DNA of 64,000 nt from Cycas panzhihuaensis (taxonomy: Eukaryota > Plantae > Cycadophyta): the NCBI GenBank assembly GCA_023213395.1, contig CM041465.1, forward strand, positions 191,153,741 through 191,217,740, given 5' to 3'. How positions within the stretch are numbered: position 1 is the stretch's first letter; each line of letters starts with the position of its first letter. The notes under the pieces were generated by a model. It was not told the origin of the DNA and ran no database searches. It worked only from the letters and a program-made list of their open reading frames with translations. Below are positions 1 through 12,670 of the stretch, piece after piece. A program made the position numbers and the translations under genes.

Positions 1-1380
1 CTCTTTTAAAAGATAAAGAAACAAACTTGAAAGTAAAAATCAATCAAACCATAGGATCATGAGAATGAAACTCCTTTCCTATTATACAAGAATGCATCAG
101 AATGGCAGTTTTTCTTTTCAACTAATCAATTTTTTTCTACAAACTTTCCTTCAAAGTAAATCAAAGGAGGATAATGATTACCAAAGGAGGCTAAACTATA
201 GCCTAACAATACCAAAATGAGTGGTGAATTGTATGAAATATAAACAATTATAGAAGACTAGGAAGAGATAGTTAGATGAGTGATGGAGAGATGACCATGC
301 TCCACCCTAGTCTAACCCTTAAGGAAACCCACAAAGGGCTAACCTTTTAGTATATATTTCAAAGTCTAAAATAAATACAAGATCAATGTAACAATCAACC
401 AAAGAAAAGAGTAATTTCTAAGTAAACAATACCTTTAAAGTACTGTGAAATAAGCTAAAAACTTAATAGGAAAGACTTTACCTAATTGGAAGAAGTTTGA
501 AATATGAAACCTTGATAAAAGTCCAAAAGATTGAAGCTCAAAATATCAACATTCAAATATCAGCAACACAACATCAAAAATCTTCCATAATTTCACCCAT
601 AAGACTTTTTAAAATCTAAGTTTAAGTCTCACAGTAACAGTCTTCAAAAATCTCTAAGCAAATTTAAAAATCCACTACAAACTTGAGCAAATCACTACTA
701 ACTCATCAATAATAAATCACATAAGACTTAACATCATTCCTAGTCATTGAAGAGATTAAATCCTACCAAATCTGGGTGGTGGCATGTAAAATTCTAGTGT
801 GTTGGCTAAGTTTTACATGTATAACAGTCAAAAATATGACCGGTCATATTTTTCAACCTACAAAAACGTGACTTTGTACTGAAAACACAGCCGGTCATGT
901 TTTTGGCAGTGCTAAAAATATGATAATTATGGAGGTAAAAATTAGTTCAAAAAAGTTAAAATTTAATATTAAATAAAAATTGAAATATAAAAATGACTTC
1001 ATAAATAAGTAAATAAGTCTAAGACAAGGTGAAAAATATTAAATACAGGCCCAAAAATAACAAGAAATAATAAAATTAGGTGAAATCAAGGACAAAATAT
1101 AAAAATAACAAATTTTGAAGGAGGTATAAGTTCAAATTGATCATGAAGGAAAACTTTAGTGCCATAGTTTAAGTCGTTAGTGGATAATAGTAAAAATACA
1201 AGTCACATTATCATTCACCATAATTCATTAAATCAAATTCACATATTCCTTATATAAAATGTGACCTAATCTATGATCAAGCAAATCTATCATTCATTTT
1301 CTACGAAACCATACATAAACATATCAAAACTTACCAATATAAGTCAAATATAAATCAAAAGGCCAAGTTTTATTGAAACA
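1..1380 (-). repeat. 3' LTR of Tat element (truncated by window start)
   Basis: Collinear with 28151-29464, differences mostly transitions; begins TGTTTC on the minus strand immediately after the PPT. Confidence 0.9.
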
Positions 1381-1391
1381 TTTTCCCCCTT
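1381..1391 (-). other. Polypurine tract of Tat element
   Basis: Minus strand AAGGGGGAAAA abutting the LTR TG. Confidence 0.8.
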
Positions 1392-1589
1392 GATACTTGA
1401 AGCTCCTATTCTAAAGAGGGAGATAGGATGGTGAGAGGTGGTAATGATATAAGTAATCATTATTCTGGTCAAAGTGATTGGAACCAAATGAAATACATAA
1501 ATGATGGGGTAACACAACTCTATGACCTAATATAAAATGAAATACGTATGATAACAAGATCAAAAGAAACTCTTACTAGCAAATCTAAC

Positions 1590-1940
1590 TAAAAGGACTA
1601 GGCATTTACCATCTAAACATTACTATTTACACCTCTTGCCCAAAAGGATTGGGCACCTAATTGCCATGAATCTATCCAAAAAGACTAGGTATCTAACATC
1701 ACTAAAAACCTACCTAAAAGGACTGGGTATCCATTAATATCAAGAACCTACCCAAAATGATTGGGTATCTATCACCAAAATGTCATTCTTTTCACCTTTT
1801 GCCTAAAAGGATTAAGTATCTAACATCGTTAAACACCTACCTAACATCCACAAACTAGATGGGACTTTATTATCATATAATATGCCCACAAGCTGGATGT
1901 AACTTCACTGCCAAATTCCCATAAACTAAATGGGACTCTA
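1590..1940. repeat. Two short tandem arrays in the Tat 3' UTR
   Basis: About 6 copies of AAAAGGA(C/T)T(A/G)GG(C/T)A.. then 3 copies of CCA(C/T)AA(A/G)CT(A/G)(G/A)ATG(G/T)(G/A)ACT. Confidence 0.75.
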
Positions 1941-2021
1941 ATATACAACAGGTCATAGTTTATCTCTCTTTAACCATGCATCAGAGGGAAATCTTTTTGT
2001 CAAAGTAAAAAGGATAGACTG

Positions 2022-2660
2022 TCATAATTTAGTAGCTCATTAACAAGTGACTTTTTAGAGTAAACCCATCATAGTTTAGCCTCGTTAACAAGGTGAGGGA
2101 TTTCATATTTTTATTATCTTAGTTTAACTTCATTAATAATCAAATTTAGGGGGTTCCCTATCATAGTTTAAGCTTGTTAACAGGTAGAAGGGACTCAGAG
2201 CAATGTTCCTATCATATTTTTAGCTCATTAACAGGTGAAAGAAGGTTTGGAGCATAATCCTGTCATAGTTTTGGCTCATTAACAGGTAAAGGCAAGCTCA
2301 GAATATAGTTCTTGTCATAGTTTAAACTTATTAATAAGCAAATGAGGGCTTGAAGTAAACCCATCATAGTTTAGCCTTGTTAACGAGGTGAGGGCTTTCA
2401 GAGGTCGATTATCTTAGTTTAACCTCATTAATAATTAAATTTAGAGGGTTCCTTATCATAGTTTAGGCTTGTTAATAGGTAGAAGGGACTCAAAGTGGGG
2501 TTCCTATCATAGTTTTAGCCCATTAAAAGGTGAAATAAGGTTTAGAGTATAATCCTATCGTAGTTTAAGCTCATCAATAGGTAAAGGTAACCTTGAAGCC
2601 TTGATTATTATCATAGTTTAGGCTCATTAACAAGTGAATGAGGGATTGGAGTATAATCTT
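2022..2660. repeat. ~50-bp monomer tandem array with ~295-bp (6-monomer) higher-order repeat in the Tat 3' UTR
   Basis: About 13 copies of core TCATAGTTT-N-GCTC(A/G)TTAACAGGT with variable spacers; ~2067-2362 recurs as ~2363-2658. Confidence 0.85.
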
Positions 2661-3101
2661 TTTGGAGATAAACATAAAAAGTAACATGCAGAGTATAACC
2701 TGATGATAAATCATATCTCCAAAGGGAAAATAAGCTCTAATGACCACAATTACGCAACAAAATACTAATTCGCCTTTATCAAAGTAGATATATATACTCT
2801 TGGATATTTGATGGTAATTCGATTAAATAATGATTGAAAGAGGACATATTTTACTTTGATAGATTTTATGAGTGCTGAGGAGAAATCTACCAGGAGAAAA
2901 TGAGAAAAGGACCTCCTTATATATAAGAAAATAGATGAGAAACGTTTTATTTTCATGTGAGGGAAGAAGAGAATATGAGAGACCCAAAGACTACTTTCTT
3001 ATTTTTCGGAGTGATCATGAGCTCTTTCTAGTGGGAGATCGGCTCTATAGGACCCTCATCATCAAGATGAAGCAGAGAACTAAATACCTGGTGAGTGAGA
3101 C

Positions 3102-3106
<5 letters not shown>

Positions 3107-3159
<53 letters not shown>

Positions 3160-3184
3160 ATATATGTATGTATGTATGTATGTA
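3107..3184. repeat. (TG)n microsatellite followed by (TATG)n
   Basis: Direct inspection. Confidence 0.98.
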
Positions 3185-3429
3185 ATAAAAATTGCAGTGA
3201 CAGTGCAAAAATTATGGTCACTACACTAACAGTGCGACTAATGAATGAAAAATGTGACTTTAGAATTTGAGACTGTCAAAGGAAATCATGTTTTAGACTA
3301 TGAAGTTGTATTTTCCACCTATGAAGTCACGTTTTTAATTACCTAATCATACTTTTAAATCTTTGATCAGCCAAACTTTTAAAAAATCAAACTTTTGAAA
3401 TGAAATAATAAACTAATAAGTTGTAAATG

Positions 3430-4683
3430 ACATGATGTAGTCCTTATAGAGAGTGGAGATGTGGGAGAATGAGGGAATGGCCATTAGGGAGTTTATGAGT
3501 CAACTTAATGAGGCAGGATGGGATATTCTGAGAGTATATGGCCTCTCATGGGTGAGTGCATCCATCTAGCTCATTATGGAGCAAAAGATATTACATTATT
3601 TTGTCAATTATTGGTTCCCAAGACATAACACATTTAGGGTATGAGCTATTATAGATCTTTAGATCACTGTGAAGAATGTGGGGAGGATCCTAAGGGTTAG
3701 ATAGCATGGAGAAAGAGTTCAACTTATTTGGGTTACAGACGAGGAGTCCTAGATGGCCTACAGTGAGTATCTAAAAGGGTTTGCTAATTAGATGGACCAG
3801 CATGGGATTTCAATTCAGTAGAGACTATTAAGATGGTAAGGGGCATTCGAGCGGTATGGAGGATCATCACCCTGATCATCATCTATAGGATAACAAGGAC
3901 TCATAACTTCATGGGGATTCCTACCCAGTGGACAAGAGTGGTGAGGCAATGTAAGCAGGGGATTTGGATCAATTAGGGTCAGTATATAGTTGACTACATT
4001 GGCCACTAGTTATCAAGGATCAAGAGGATCGAGAGGGATGGATTCTCATATAGTTCTATCCTGATGTATTAGTTATATGATCATGTTCTACTTATAAAAC
4101 TAGGAGGAGTGCTAGGAGAGCTAGTGATTATGGACCTAGGGATTAACAAGTGATATACGAGGTCACAGATCTATAATAAGCTAACTATCATAGTGAGGAG
4201 CACTCATAGCCCTCTCCTTTGTAGGATGACAAGGAGGCAGCTTGTAGAGGATGCATATGCAGGGCTATTGATCTAAAATGATGATGAGATGTATGTCATG
4301 GAGAGGGTAGCAGTAGAGGAGGCTCCCGTAACTAGATGACGGAGAGGGAGAAGGAGAGATGGAGGAGTATGTGATAAGAGAGGTGGTAGAGATGGCGAGG
4401 AGGCAGGATGAGGAGGTAGAGGAGATGCTTCGTCTAATGGTGGAATAGGAGAGAGTCACCAGGTGCTTAGGAGAGGAGGTGGAGCAACTATGGAGGGGAG
4501 AGGAGGCTCCATACAGAGCATGGAGTTGGGATCAGCAGATAGGCAGGGTAAGGATGGAGGGAGCAGATCTGGAGAGGGGGGAGCTACTTATGAGGCTCAC
4601 CAAAAGCCTCAGGGAGAAGAGATACTGCCCATAGAGGAGGTGGTAGATGCAGAGCCAATAGGAGGAGGATCACCAAGCATTTA
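3430..4683 (+). pseudogene. Antisense extra ORF of the Tat element, plant mobile domain (aminotransferase-like PMD) plus Glu/Arg-rich tail; disrupted
   Basis: Manual translation gives FVNYWFPRHNTF...ITVKNVGRILRV, resembling the PMD motif LVERW.PETHTF..ITLEDV..ILGL; many TGG->TAG stops; purine-rich coiled-coil-like 3' part. Confidence 0.6.
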
Positions 4684-6099
4684 ATTTGATTGATTTATTT
4701 CTCACATCACATGGTATTTAGTTTTCTTTTTGAAAGCTTTTTCTTACAAGGTATTGATCATGGATTATATATTTATATTAGGTAGGTGATGACATGGTGA
4801 CCTTAAGGGATGTTCAGAGGATGCTGGAGGTGATCTTCTTGTATATTCTAGCATTGAAAGAGGTGCACGTATGGAACATAGTGGATCATAGACTATTAGG
4901 GCCTTATATTAATTATTATAGCCATGCACTTCGAGCTCAAGACCTCTACATGGATATGAGGGTGGAGTTACAGATGTGAGAGCTGGAGCTTAGCATAGGT
5001 GAAGAGGAGAGATGACACCTGTAGAGGATGACACTGGCTCAAGTAGGAACTAGATACACTCCATTAGCTAGTGCGATAGTGCAGTAGGGGTAACACCACC
5101 TCCCACCCCATGGAGAGTCTACATGTGAGGAGACTTCAGGTAAGAGGGAGAGAGAAGATTTAGATGTACCCTAGGGATCATAGAGATAAATGTATGATAT
5201 ATTATATGGGAAGTAGGATGATGATGAGAGGTATTTTGTGAGCCTCCAGTATGTATTATAAGTCACATAGGTGACAAATATACTATATCTTTTGTTATCA
5301 TGTATATATATTGATCTTTTTCTCTCAAAATTTGTGTATAAATCTCTTTTTCCCTTATTCCCATTTTAAATTTGAGCATAGGATACATTCATTAGAGTGA
5401 CTGTCCAAAGAATCATGTACTAAATTTTATTATTTTTACTTTTTTTTGGTTTTATAGTTATATACTTCTTTTTTTTTAATTGTCTCATACTATATACACG
5501 ATAGTTTATACTCCTTCTGGAGTGAAATAGTTCAGGAAAAAAAAGATCACGAGAAAGAATGAAAACTAGAAGATAAACAAAAGATCAAAAGGGAGCAGGT
5601 GAAAGGTTTACTCACTCTATTTTTATAAACTTCATCTAAAACAAATGGTAATAAGTTTATAAAAGTAGAAAATGGAGTGGTATGAATCTCCTAAGATGAA
5701 AACTCATATAACTCACATCATACTCCTGATAGATTATATAAACATAGGATATATTTCATATTTACATTATATAACATAAATAAAGTGAATTATTTACCAA
5801 ATGAAATTAATCTCACTTAATAAACAACTAACTATCTGAGTATACTAGATTCCTCATTAGCTCCTTCTAGGGATAAGAAGCTTTCAGGGACTTGCCTCCT
5901 GCCAAGATCCTCCACGGCCCAAGATTCCCATGTGGGTCTATCCCTTTCAAATTACTTCATCTCAAACTCCTATCTATCATCTTAATCTTTACATTACTAA
6001 AATTTATAATTTTCCCAAACCAATAATTTATACTCATCATGGAGTGGTAGTTTATACTCATTCCAGAGTGGAGGTGTCCCTAGCTAAGAAGAGGAAAGT

Positions 6100-6500
6100 C
6101 AACCAAAATATTCATCAAGAATGGAGAAAACAAGAGTGTTTGCTTCAAGATTAAAGGAACAAGGTATATACTGAATGGTAACTGAAGCAAATAAGGATAA
6201 CAACGATGAAGTTTGATGATGTAAGAGAAAGAGTCATGGGGAGTGAATCTAATACATTCCAACCAATTGATAAACTACAACCTGAGAGTCAACATATATA
6301 GTAATAGGTCCAATATAAAAGTAAGAAAAATCTAACAAGGCTCCTATAATAGTAAGATATTTAGCTTCATTATTAGTCGCCCTAGGTATGAAAGACCCCA
6401 CAGAAGTAAGGAGACTTCCTGATTGGTCATAAACCACCCAAGTAGAAGCTGACAGTCCTAGGTTTCTCCTACTACCCCCATTAGTAAAGATCAATATAAT
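6100..6500 (-). pseudogene. Additional (archaeal-type) RNase H domain of the Tat element, downstream of integrase
   Basis: ORF 6249-6494: IFTNGGSRRNLGLS...ATNNEAKY..IIGAL...IYVDSQVVVYQLVG.Y matches RNase HI signature F.DG.SRGNPG..TNN.AEY..DS.LV..Q..G.Y. Confidence 0.85.
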
Positions 6501-7519
6501 GGGAGTAAGAGGATCAAAGGTTGGAGACTGTGTGATTAATAAAGGAAGGTATATGAATCAATTAATAAGGAGAGAGGCGATGGCGTAGATCTCTTACTAT
6601 GATAAAAAAAGAAGAAGAAGCATAAGTAAAATGATTATCATCAAAAAATAATAAGGTGTCAAGTAGGGTCGATTGTAACTGAGGCTATAGTGGACCGAAG
6701 TAGTTAGATCTAAAGATCCTGAATAACTCATCCAAATGAACCCAACCTATAGATAAATAGATATAGATGAAGTTGTCACGTGACTTACCCTAAATTACAA
6801 AAGGATGACAACAATAAATTTCCTTTCACTTCCTTTTACTTTACTTTTTTCTTCTTCTTCTTCTTTTTGTTAATTTTTGTTCCACTTCCACTTTTTATAA
6901 TAAAAAAAAAAGAGATCATAATTATCCACATACAAAATTCTTCTACTCAACACAGCAAGGATTTATCCTTTTTAATAGAATATAAAAAATAAAAGGGACC
7001 AATCTCCTTAAAGAATGAACTGCAGAAGAAGAAAAGATCAAAATCAGGATGTCTCTAAGCATGAAGGGAAGGCGAAAAAATAAGTATCTATTATGAAGGG
7101 TTAAAAGAGAGGACTGAGGATAATGAAAACAATCAACAATTAGTGATATATGACCAAAAAGGAAACCCCTAGATAATAAACTAGCAAATAAAAGTATGAT
7201 CTAAGTTAGTGACTAAATACTTAAAGCTAACAAAGATGCTTCTCTTTTCAGGATGAAAATAAAATAAGCTTGGGGACCTAAGTCCTCTTTTGAGTACGAA
7301 ACCCAAAGGAGAACAAGATCCAAGTATGGTGATGGAAAACTCACAATCAGTATAGATACTAGAAAAAGAAAAAGACTCACATAATTATGAGTGGGATATA
7401 TCCCAAAAGTACAATAACACTCAGTAAAAGTAAGAAGAAATTAGAGAGAAAGGGAGTTTGCCCATAGTTTTAGCTCATTAGGTAAAACAAAAAGCTTTAG
7501 AGCCATTATTTATCCTCAT

Positions 7520-8062
7520 TATGGAGGGGGTCATATGCATGTTGCTAGGCATAATATTTTCTCAAATATTGAGAATTAACGGGCCTTTTAAATTCTAATC
7601 CTTTTAACGTCTAAATTTAATAAGCTCTGTTAGTTAAATCTTTAATTATTAATAAAGGTCATATCCATTTAAGAGAAAATTTATGTTGCCTATCATGTAA
7701 ATATTCCAACTTTAAGACTTTATCACCGACATTAAATTTTTTAGGTCTAAGTTACTTATTGTGGGCAGCTTGGACTCTAGCCTTAGACACCATATTATTT
7801 TGCAAGGCCTGTAAGCGAGTCTCATCTAATTTTTCAAGCTCTAAAAGGTGTACTTCTCTTTAAAACTACTCATCAATAAACTCCTTCAATGAGACACATA
7901 AGGAAGGAATTCCAACCTCTAATGGAAGAACGACTTTAACACCATAAACAAAAGAAAATAGCATCATACATATAGCATTCCTAATAGACATCCTATAGGT
8001 CTATAATGCTAGAAATAATTGGAAGTGTCAATCCATATAAGAGGTAGAAACTGTCTTAACTA
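7520..8062 (-). pseudogene. Tat integrase, C-terminal part
   Basis: W...L..AL.TYRMSIR..FSFVYGVKVVLPLEVGIPS motif and GP motif; continues the integrase broken at 16225. Confidence 0.8.
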
Positions 8063-8067
8063 GAATC

Positions 8068-8423
8068 TAAAGGATTAGATGCAGAGTAGGACATTCACAT
8101 TTTCAAGTGCATTATAGCTCTTCAGTATAAAATTCCCAATGAATAGAGGGTGGTGTTAAAAAATACCAGGTAGGTATTCCTACCCCTTCTACTGAAGATT
8201 TTGGGGAGGTGGCAAGTACCTCAACCTGACCTGTAAATGATTTTAAATTGGTATTAAAAAAATAAAAACAATAAATGTGCACGTACCTTAAATGAAGTGT
8301 GTCGGCATATGGGTAGCTATTGATGGCTATTATATGGCCCAAGATGCCCTAGGGAGCCCTAAAGGTGGCTTTAAGAGGCCCTACATGTACATCAACAAAT
8401 GCACATTGGGTGTTATCCCAACA
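8068..8423 (-). repeat. 3' LTR of copia
   Basis: Matches 15867-16219. Confidence 0.9.
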
Positions 8424-8449
8424 TTCTCCCCTATAATACCTAATGTGAA

Positions 8450-11400
8450 CAACTCCCAAGCTATCTCTAAATTTCTAGAATTTAACTTTGCCCAATGCCT
8501 TTATGAATATATCCATTGTTTGGTCTTCAGTGCTGCAATAGGCCAATTTAATTTCTTTTACTTGCACTAGTTCTCGAATGAAGTGATGTTGAGTCTTGAT
8601 GTATTTTGTTTTGTTATGAAAAACTAGATTCTTTGCCATTTGAATAGTACTTTGATTATCGCACCAAATTCGAGTAGAACCTTTCTATTTTAGCTGGAAA
8701 TCTTATAGTAATCTTCTCAACCAAAGTTATTCACATACACCTGCAACTACTGCTTTGTATTCTACTTTAGCTATAGATAAGGAAATTTTATTCTATTTCT
8801 TAGTACTCCATGCTATCACTATTGATCCTATACTAAACATATAACCTATTCTTGATTTCCTATCATTAATGTCTCCTATCTAAGCTGATTCTGTATAACC
8901 AGTTAATTAAATTTTTGGAGAAGCTTTGTAGTATAACTCGTATTCTAAAGTTCCTTTAAGATATCAGAAAATTCTTTTAACTACTTACAAATTAGTGGTC
9001 TTTGGATCTTTTATAAACCTAGACACAACACTGATTAAGTATGTTATATCTGGTTGAGTGGATGTCAAATATATCAAGTTGTCGATAAGTTTATGCAGAA
9101 AGCATAGGGTCGACTGATATAGAATCATCTGACTTAGAGAGCTTAATTCTAGTTTATGCTAGAGTTGCCAATGGTTTACAGCCAGTCATCCTGAACTTTT
9201 ATAATAAATCCAAGGTATATTTCTATTGGGAAATAAAAATTCCTTCTTGTCTTTCCATACTTACAAACCTAGGAAGTAATGCATTAACCCCAAATCTATA
9301 ATCTCAAATTCTTTACACATTACATCCTTAAATTATCGTAATAAGTAAGAGTCATTTCCAGTGTATACATAGTCATCCACATAAAGTCCTACTATTAGGA
9401 TTGAATCTCCCTTGATTTAAATGTATAAATTAGGATCTATTTGAGATCTTTCAAAACCTTGATCTCTGAAGTATTTATCTATGTGGGAATACCAAGCCCT
9501 AGGTGCTTGTTTTAATCCATAGAGTGCCTTTTTTAGTTTATATATTTTGTTTACTACCCCCTAACTTTAAAACTGAGGGGTTGGGTGACATAAATATCCT
9601 TTTCAATATAGCCATTGAGGAAGGCACTTTTAACATCCATTTCGTAAACTTTCCAACCCATTTGGGCAGTTAGGCTCATCAGCATTTTAACCATTTCCAT
9701 CCAAATAACAAGGGCAAAAGTTTTAGTATAGTTAATGCCTTCTTTTTGGACATAACCTTTAGCAAAAAATCTAGCCTTATATTTGTCAATAGATCCATTT
9801 AAATGAAACTTGGTTTTGTAGATCCATTTAATACCAATGGCCTTTTTCTTTGGAGGTAAATTGACTAACTACCAAGTATTATTTTTAACAATAGAGTGGT
9901 ATTCATCTTCCATTACCTTTCACTAACATGCATGTATATTGGCCTCATCAAAAGTTTGAGGCTCATGAGTTTTCAATACTTTACTCATGATGGCAAAATT
10001 AACCCCATGTGAGCATATGTATCTACAATTATTATCTAATATATTACCTAAGTCATGATTCTGATAAACCTATTTTGGTAGATTTTATAATGGAGGTTGA
10101 GAGGAAGTTCCCTCCCACCTAGGTTTATTGATGACTCTTCAAGAGTCAAATATAGGAGGTGCATATTTAGATTTGGATGATTTATCAAACTTGATTACAA
10201 CTTCCTTATTCTTCTCTTAAATGTCTTGATAATAAGCATCCTCTTGGAATTTAATATCTCTACTTAACATCACCCTTTTTTATTTAGGGTCATAAACTTT
10301 ATATGACTTGGATGTTTCACTATAGCCAAGGAATATATATTTAATGTTATAATCGTCTAACTTGGATTTCTGTTGATCAAGAATGTGAGCATAAGCTAGG
10401 CATTTAAAGATTCTAAGATGATATATGCTTGGTTTATAGCCAGTCCAATCTTCTTCAAGAGCTTTCTATCTAAGGGCTTTGGTGGAGTACCTATTGAGTA
10501 AATAGATAGTTGTATGTACTGCTTTAGCCTAAAATTCATGTTCCAAATTCTTGTCCTTTAACATATACCTTTCTATTTTGACTATTGTACAATTCTTTCT
10601 CTCTGCTACATCATTTTATTGCGGGGTGTAAGGATTAGTGAGCTATCTTCTAATGCCACGGTGAATATAATAATCCTTGAATTCATTAGAGATAAATTCT
10701 CCCCTATTATTTGATCTTAGGAATAGTAACTTATATCCACTTTGTCACTCCATAAAGGTTTTGAAGTCAATAAAGTGTTGAAAGACATATGATTTATATT
10801 TGAAGAAAAATACCTATGTCTTCGTTGTAAAATCATCTATGAATGTGATAAAGTATCAAGTACCTGCTAGTGAGGGAATATTCATTAGACCCCAAATATC
10901 TGTATATACCAATTGAAGTGAACTTGATGCTTGATGAATGAAGTTTGGAAAACTTTTCCTATGATGTTTACCAAAAAGGCATCCTTTACATAGGTTTTTA
11001 TTCACCTCAATATGTGGTAATCTATTTACCATATTCATTCACTTCATAAGGGCTAAACTATTGTAATTAAGATGGCCAAATCTCCTATGCCACAAATCGC
11101 TATCCAATTTAGCTGTAGTTCATAGAGCATAGGTATTTGAAGAAGTAAGAATGATTTTGAATAATCAATCCTTGGTCATCTTTCCTTTTGCTACTACATC
11201 TTTCTTTCTCCTTTTATCTTTGATTACACACTCACCATTGTCAAATATAACTTTGTAGCCTTGTCCCATTATCTACCCTACAAATAATAAATTTTTCTTT
11301 AAAGTTAAAACATACGAGACATCATAAAGATGTCTATATTCTCCTATATTCATCATGAGATCTATATTACCTCTAATAACTAATTCGTGGGAGGTATCAT

Positions 11401-12670
11401 TTCCAAACATTATGGATCCCTTCATACTTTTATCCAATGTTTGAAATAGGGGTTCTTTGTGGATCATATGGGTTGAACAACCCAAGTTAACATACCAATT
11501 GCCATCTTCTTCTTCTTTAGCATTGAAGCTAGATAAAAATAATCTATTATTATCCCTTGATTCTATTGTGTTATGGGTGCTTCCTTTGATGAGTGCTCCA
11601 TGTTTAAAAAAAAACTTATCTTTTGAATGATCACTTCTATGGAAATAGGAATAATATAAAGGATCTCTCCTTCCATGGCTCAAATTTCTGCTTTGTGGAT
11701 GAGATCTATCAACATTGGAAGGTCTCCCTCTTTCCTTATAATGTGGAGGAGGATTTTCTCTTTGTCTGTTATCATAATAATCCTGATTCAACCTTGATGA
11801 TTGAGCATTGCCTTGACAATTTAGATAACATGTATATCCTTCAAATTATTTTCTTTGGTTTAGGTACCTAGTAGGGTTCTCATTTTGTTGATGTCCTCCT
11901 TGCCTCCTTTGATGTGGGGCTTGATACTTAGGAGGGTCTTGTCTAACATCCCTTCTAGGGTTCCTATCCCTTCTCTTGGGAGGTGATTTCCTAGATCTTA
12001 AATTTCCTGCTTGAGAATTTGATTAAATTCTAGCCTTAGTGGCAAAGGCATACTCAAGTGATTCATTGGTATTCTATTGTTCTTCAACTGACATAAGCAT
12101 TACACTTAGTTATTCTACCTTTAATGTACTTGGGTCCTTTGACATACCTATACTTATGGCAACCATTTCAAATCTTCTAATGGCACCAACACATCTTAAG
12201 ATTCATTCAACCCCCCTTTGTTTTGTTAAAGTATCCCCAAGAGATCTCATCTGGTTGACTATATCCTGCACCTTAGTCATAAACTCAGTTACGGATTCTA
12301 TGGGTATCATATGCAAGTTCTTAAACTTGTTTTTAAGATTTTGGAGCTTAGAGGATGCAGATCCATCATAGATCAACTGAAGTATATTCAATACTTCTTT
12401 TGATTTGGTGGCTTCAATAACATGAGGGAAAACATAGTCTTTTAATGCACAAAATATAAGTGTGAGAGCTTTGTTGTCCTTTTTGACATTTTCTTTATAA
12501 GTGGTTTTTTCTGTATTAGTTACATTTTGACCTAACTCATTATACTCTGATTTTATAATCTCCTACACCTCGTTAGCTATGAGGATGGGTCTCATCCTCC
12601 TAGTCTAATTCAAGAAATTGTTTCTATCAAATTTAGGAAGAATCATATTACCAAAGCTTAAGGCTATTTT
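8450..12670 (-). pseudogene. Copia gag-pol polyprotein, frameshifted with stops
   Basis: KLQNLKNKFKNLHM..ESVTEFMTKVQDIVNQMRSLG (gag); WYVNLGCSTHM (PR); CKGCLFGKHHR..LVYTDIWG (INT); [26 protein letters not shown] (RT); RNase H. Confidence 0.92.

Noticed and set aside
2022-2660. CRISPR-like repeat-spacer array
   Set aside because: Spacers recur in a higher-order repeat, repeats are degenerate, no cas genes, and the context is a eukaryotic retrotransposon 3' UTR
2935-3270. 111-aa ORF with poly-CV
   Set aside because: Product of the (TG)n microsatellite
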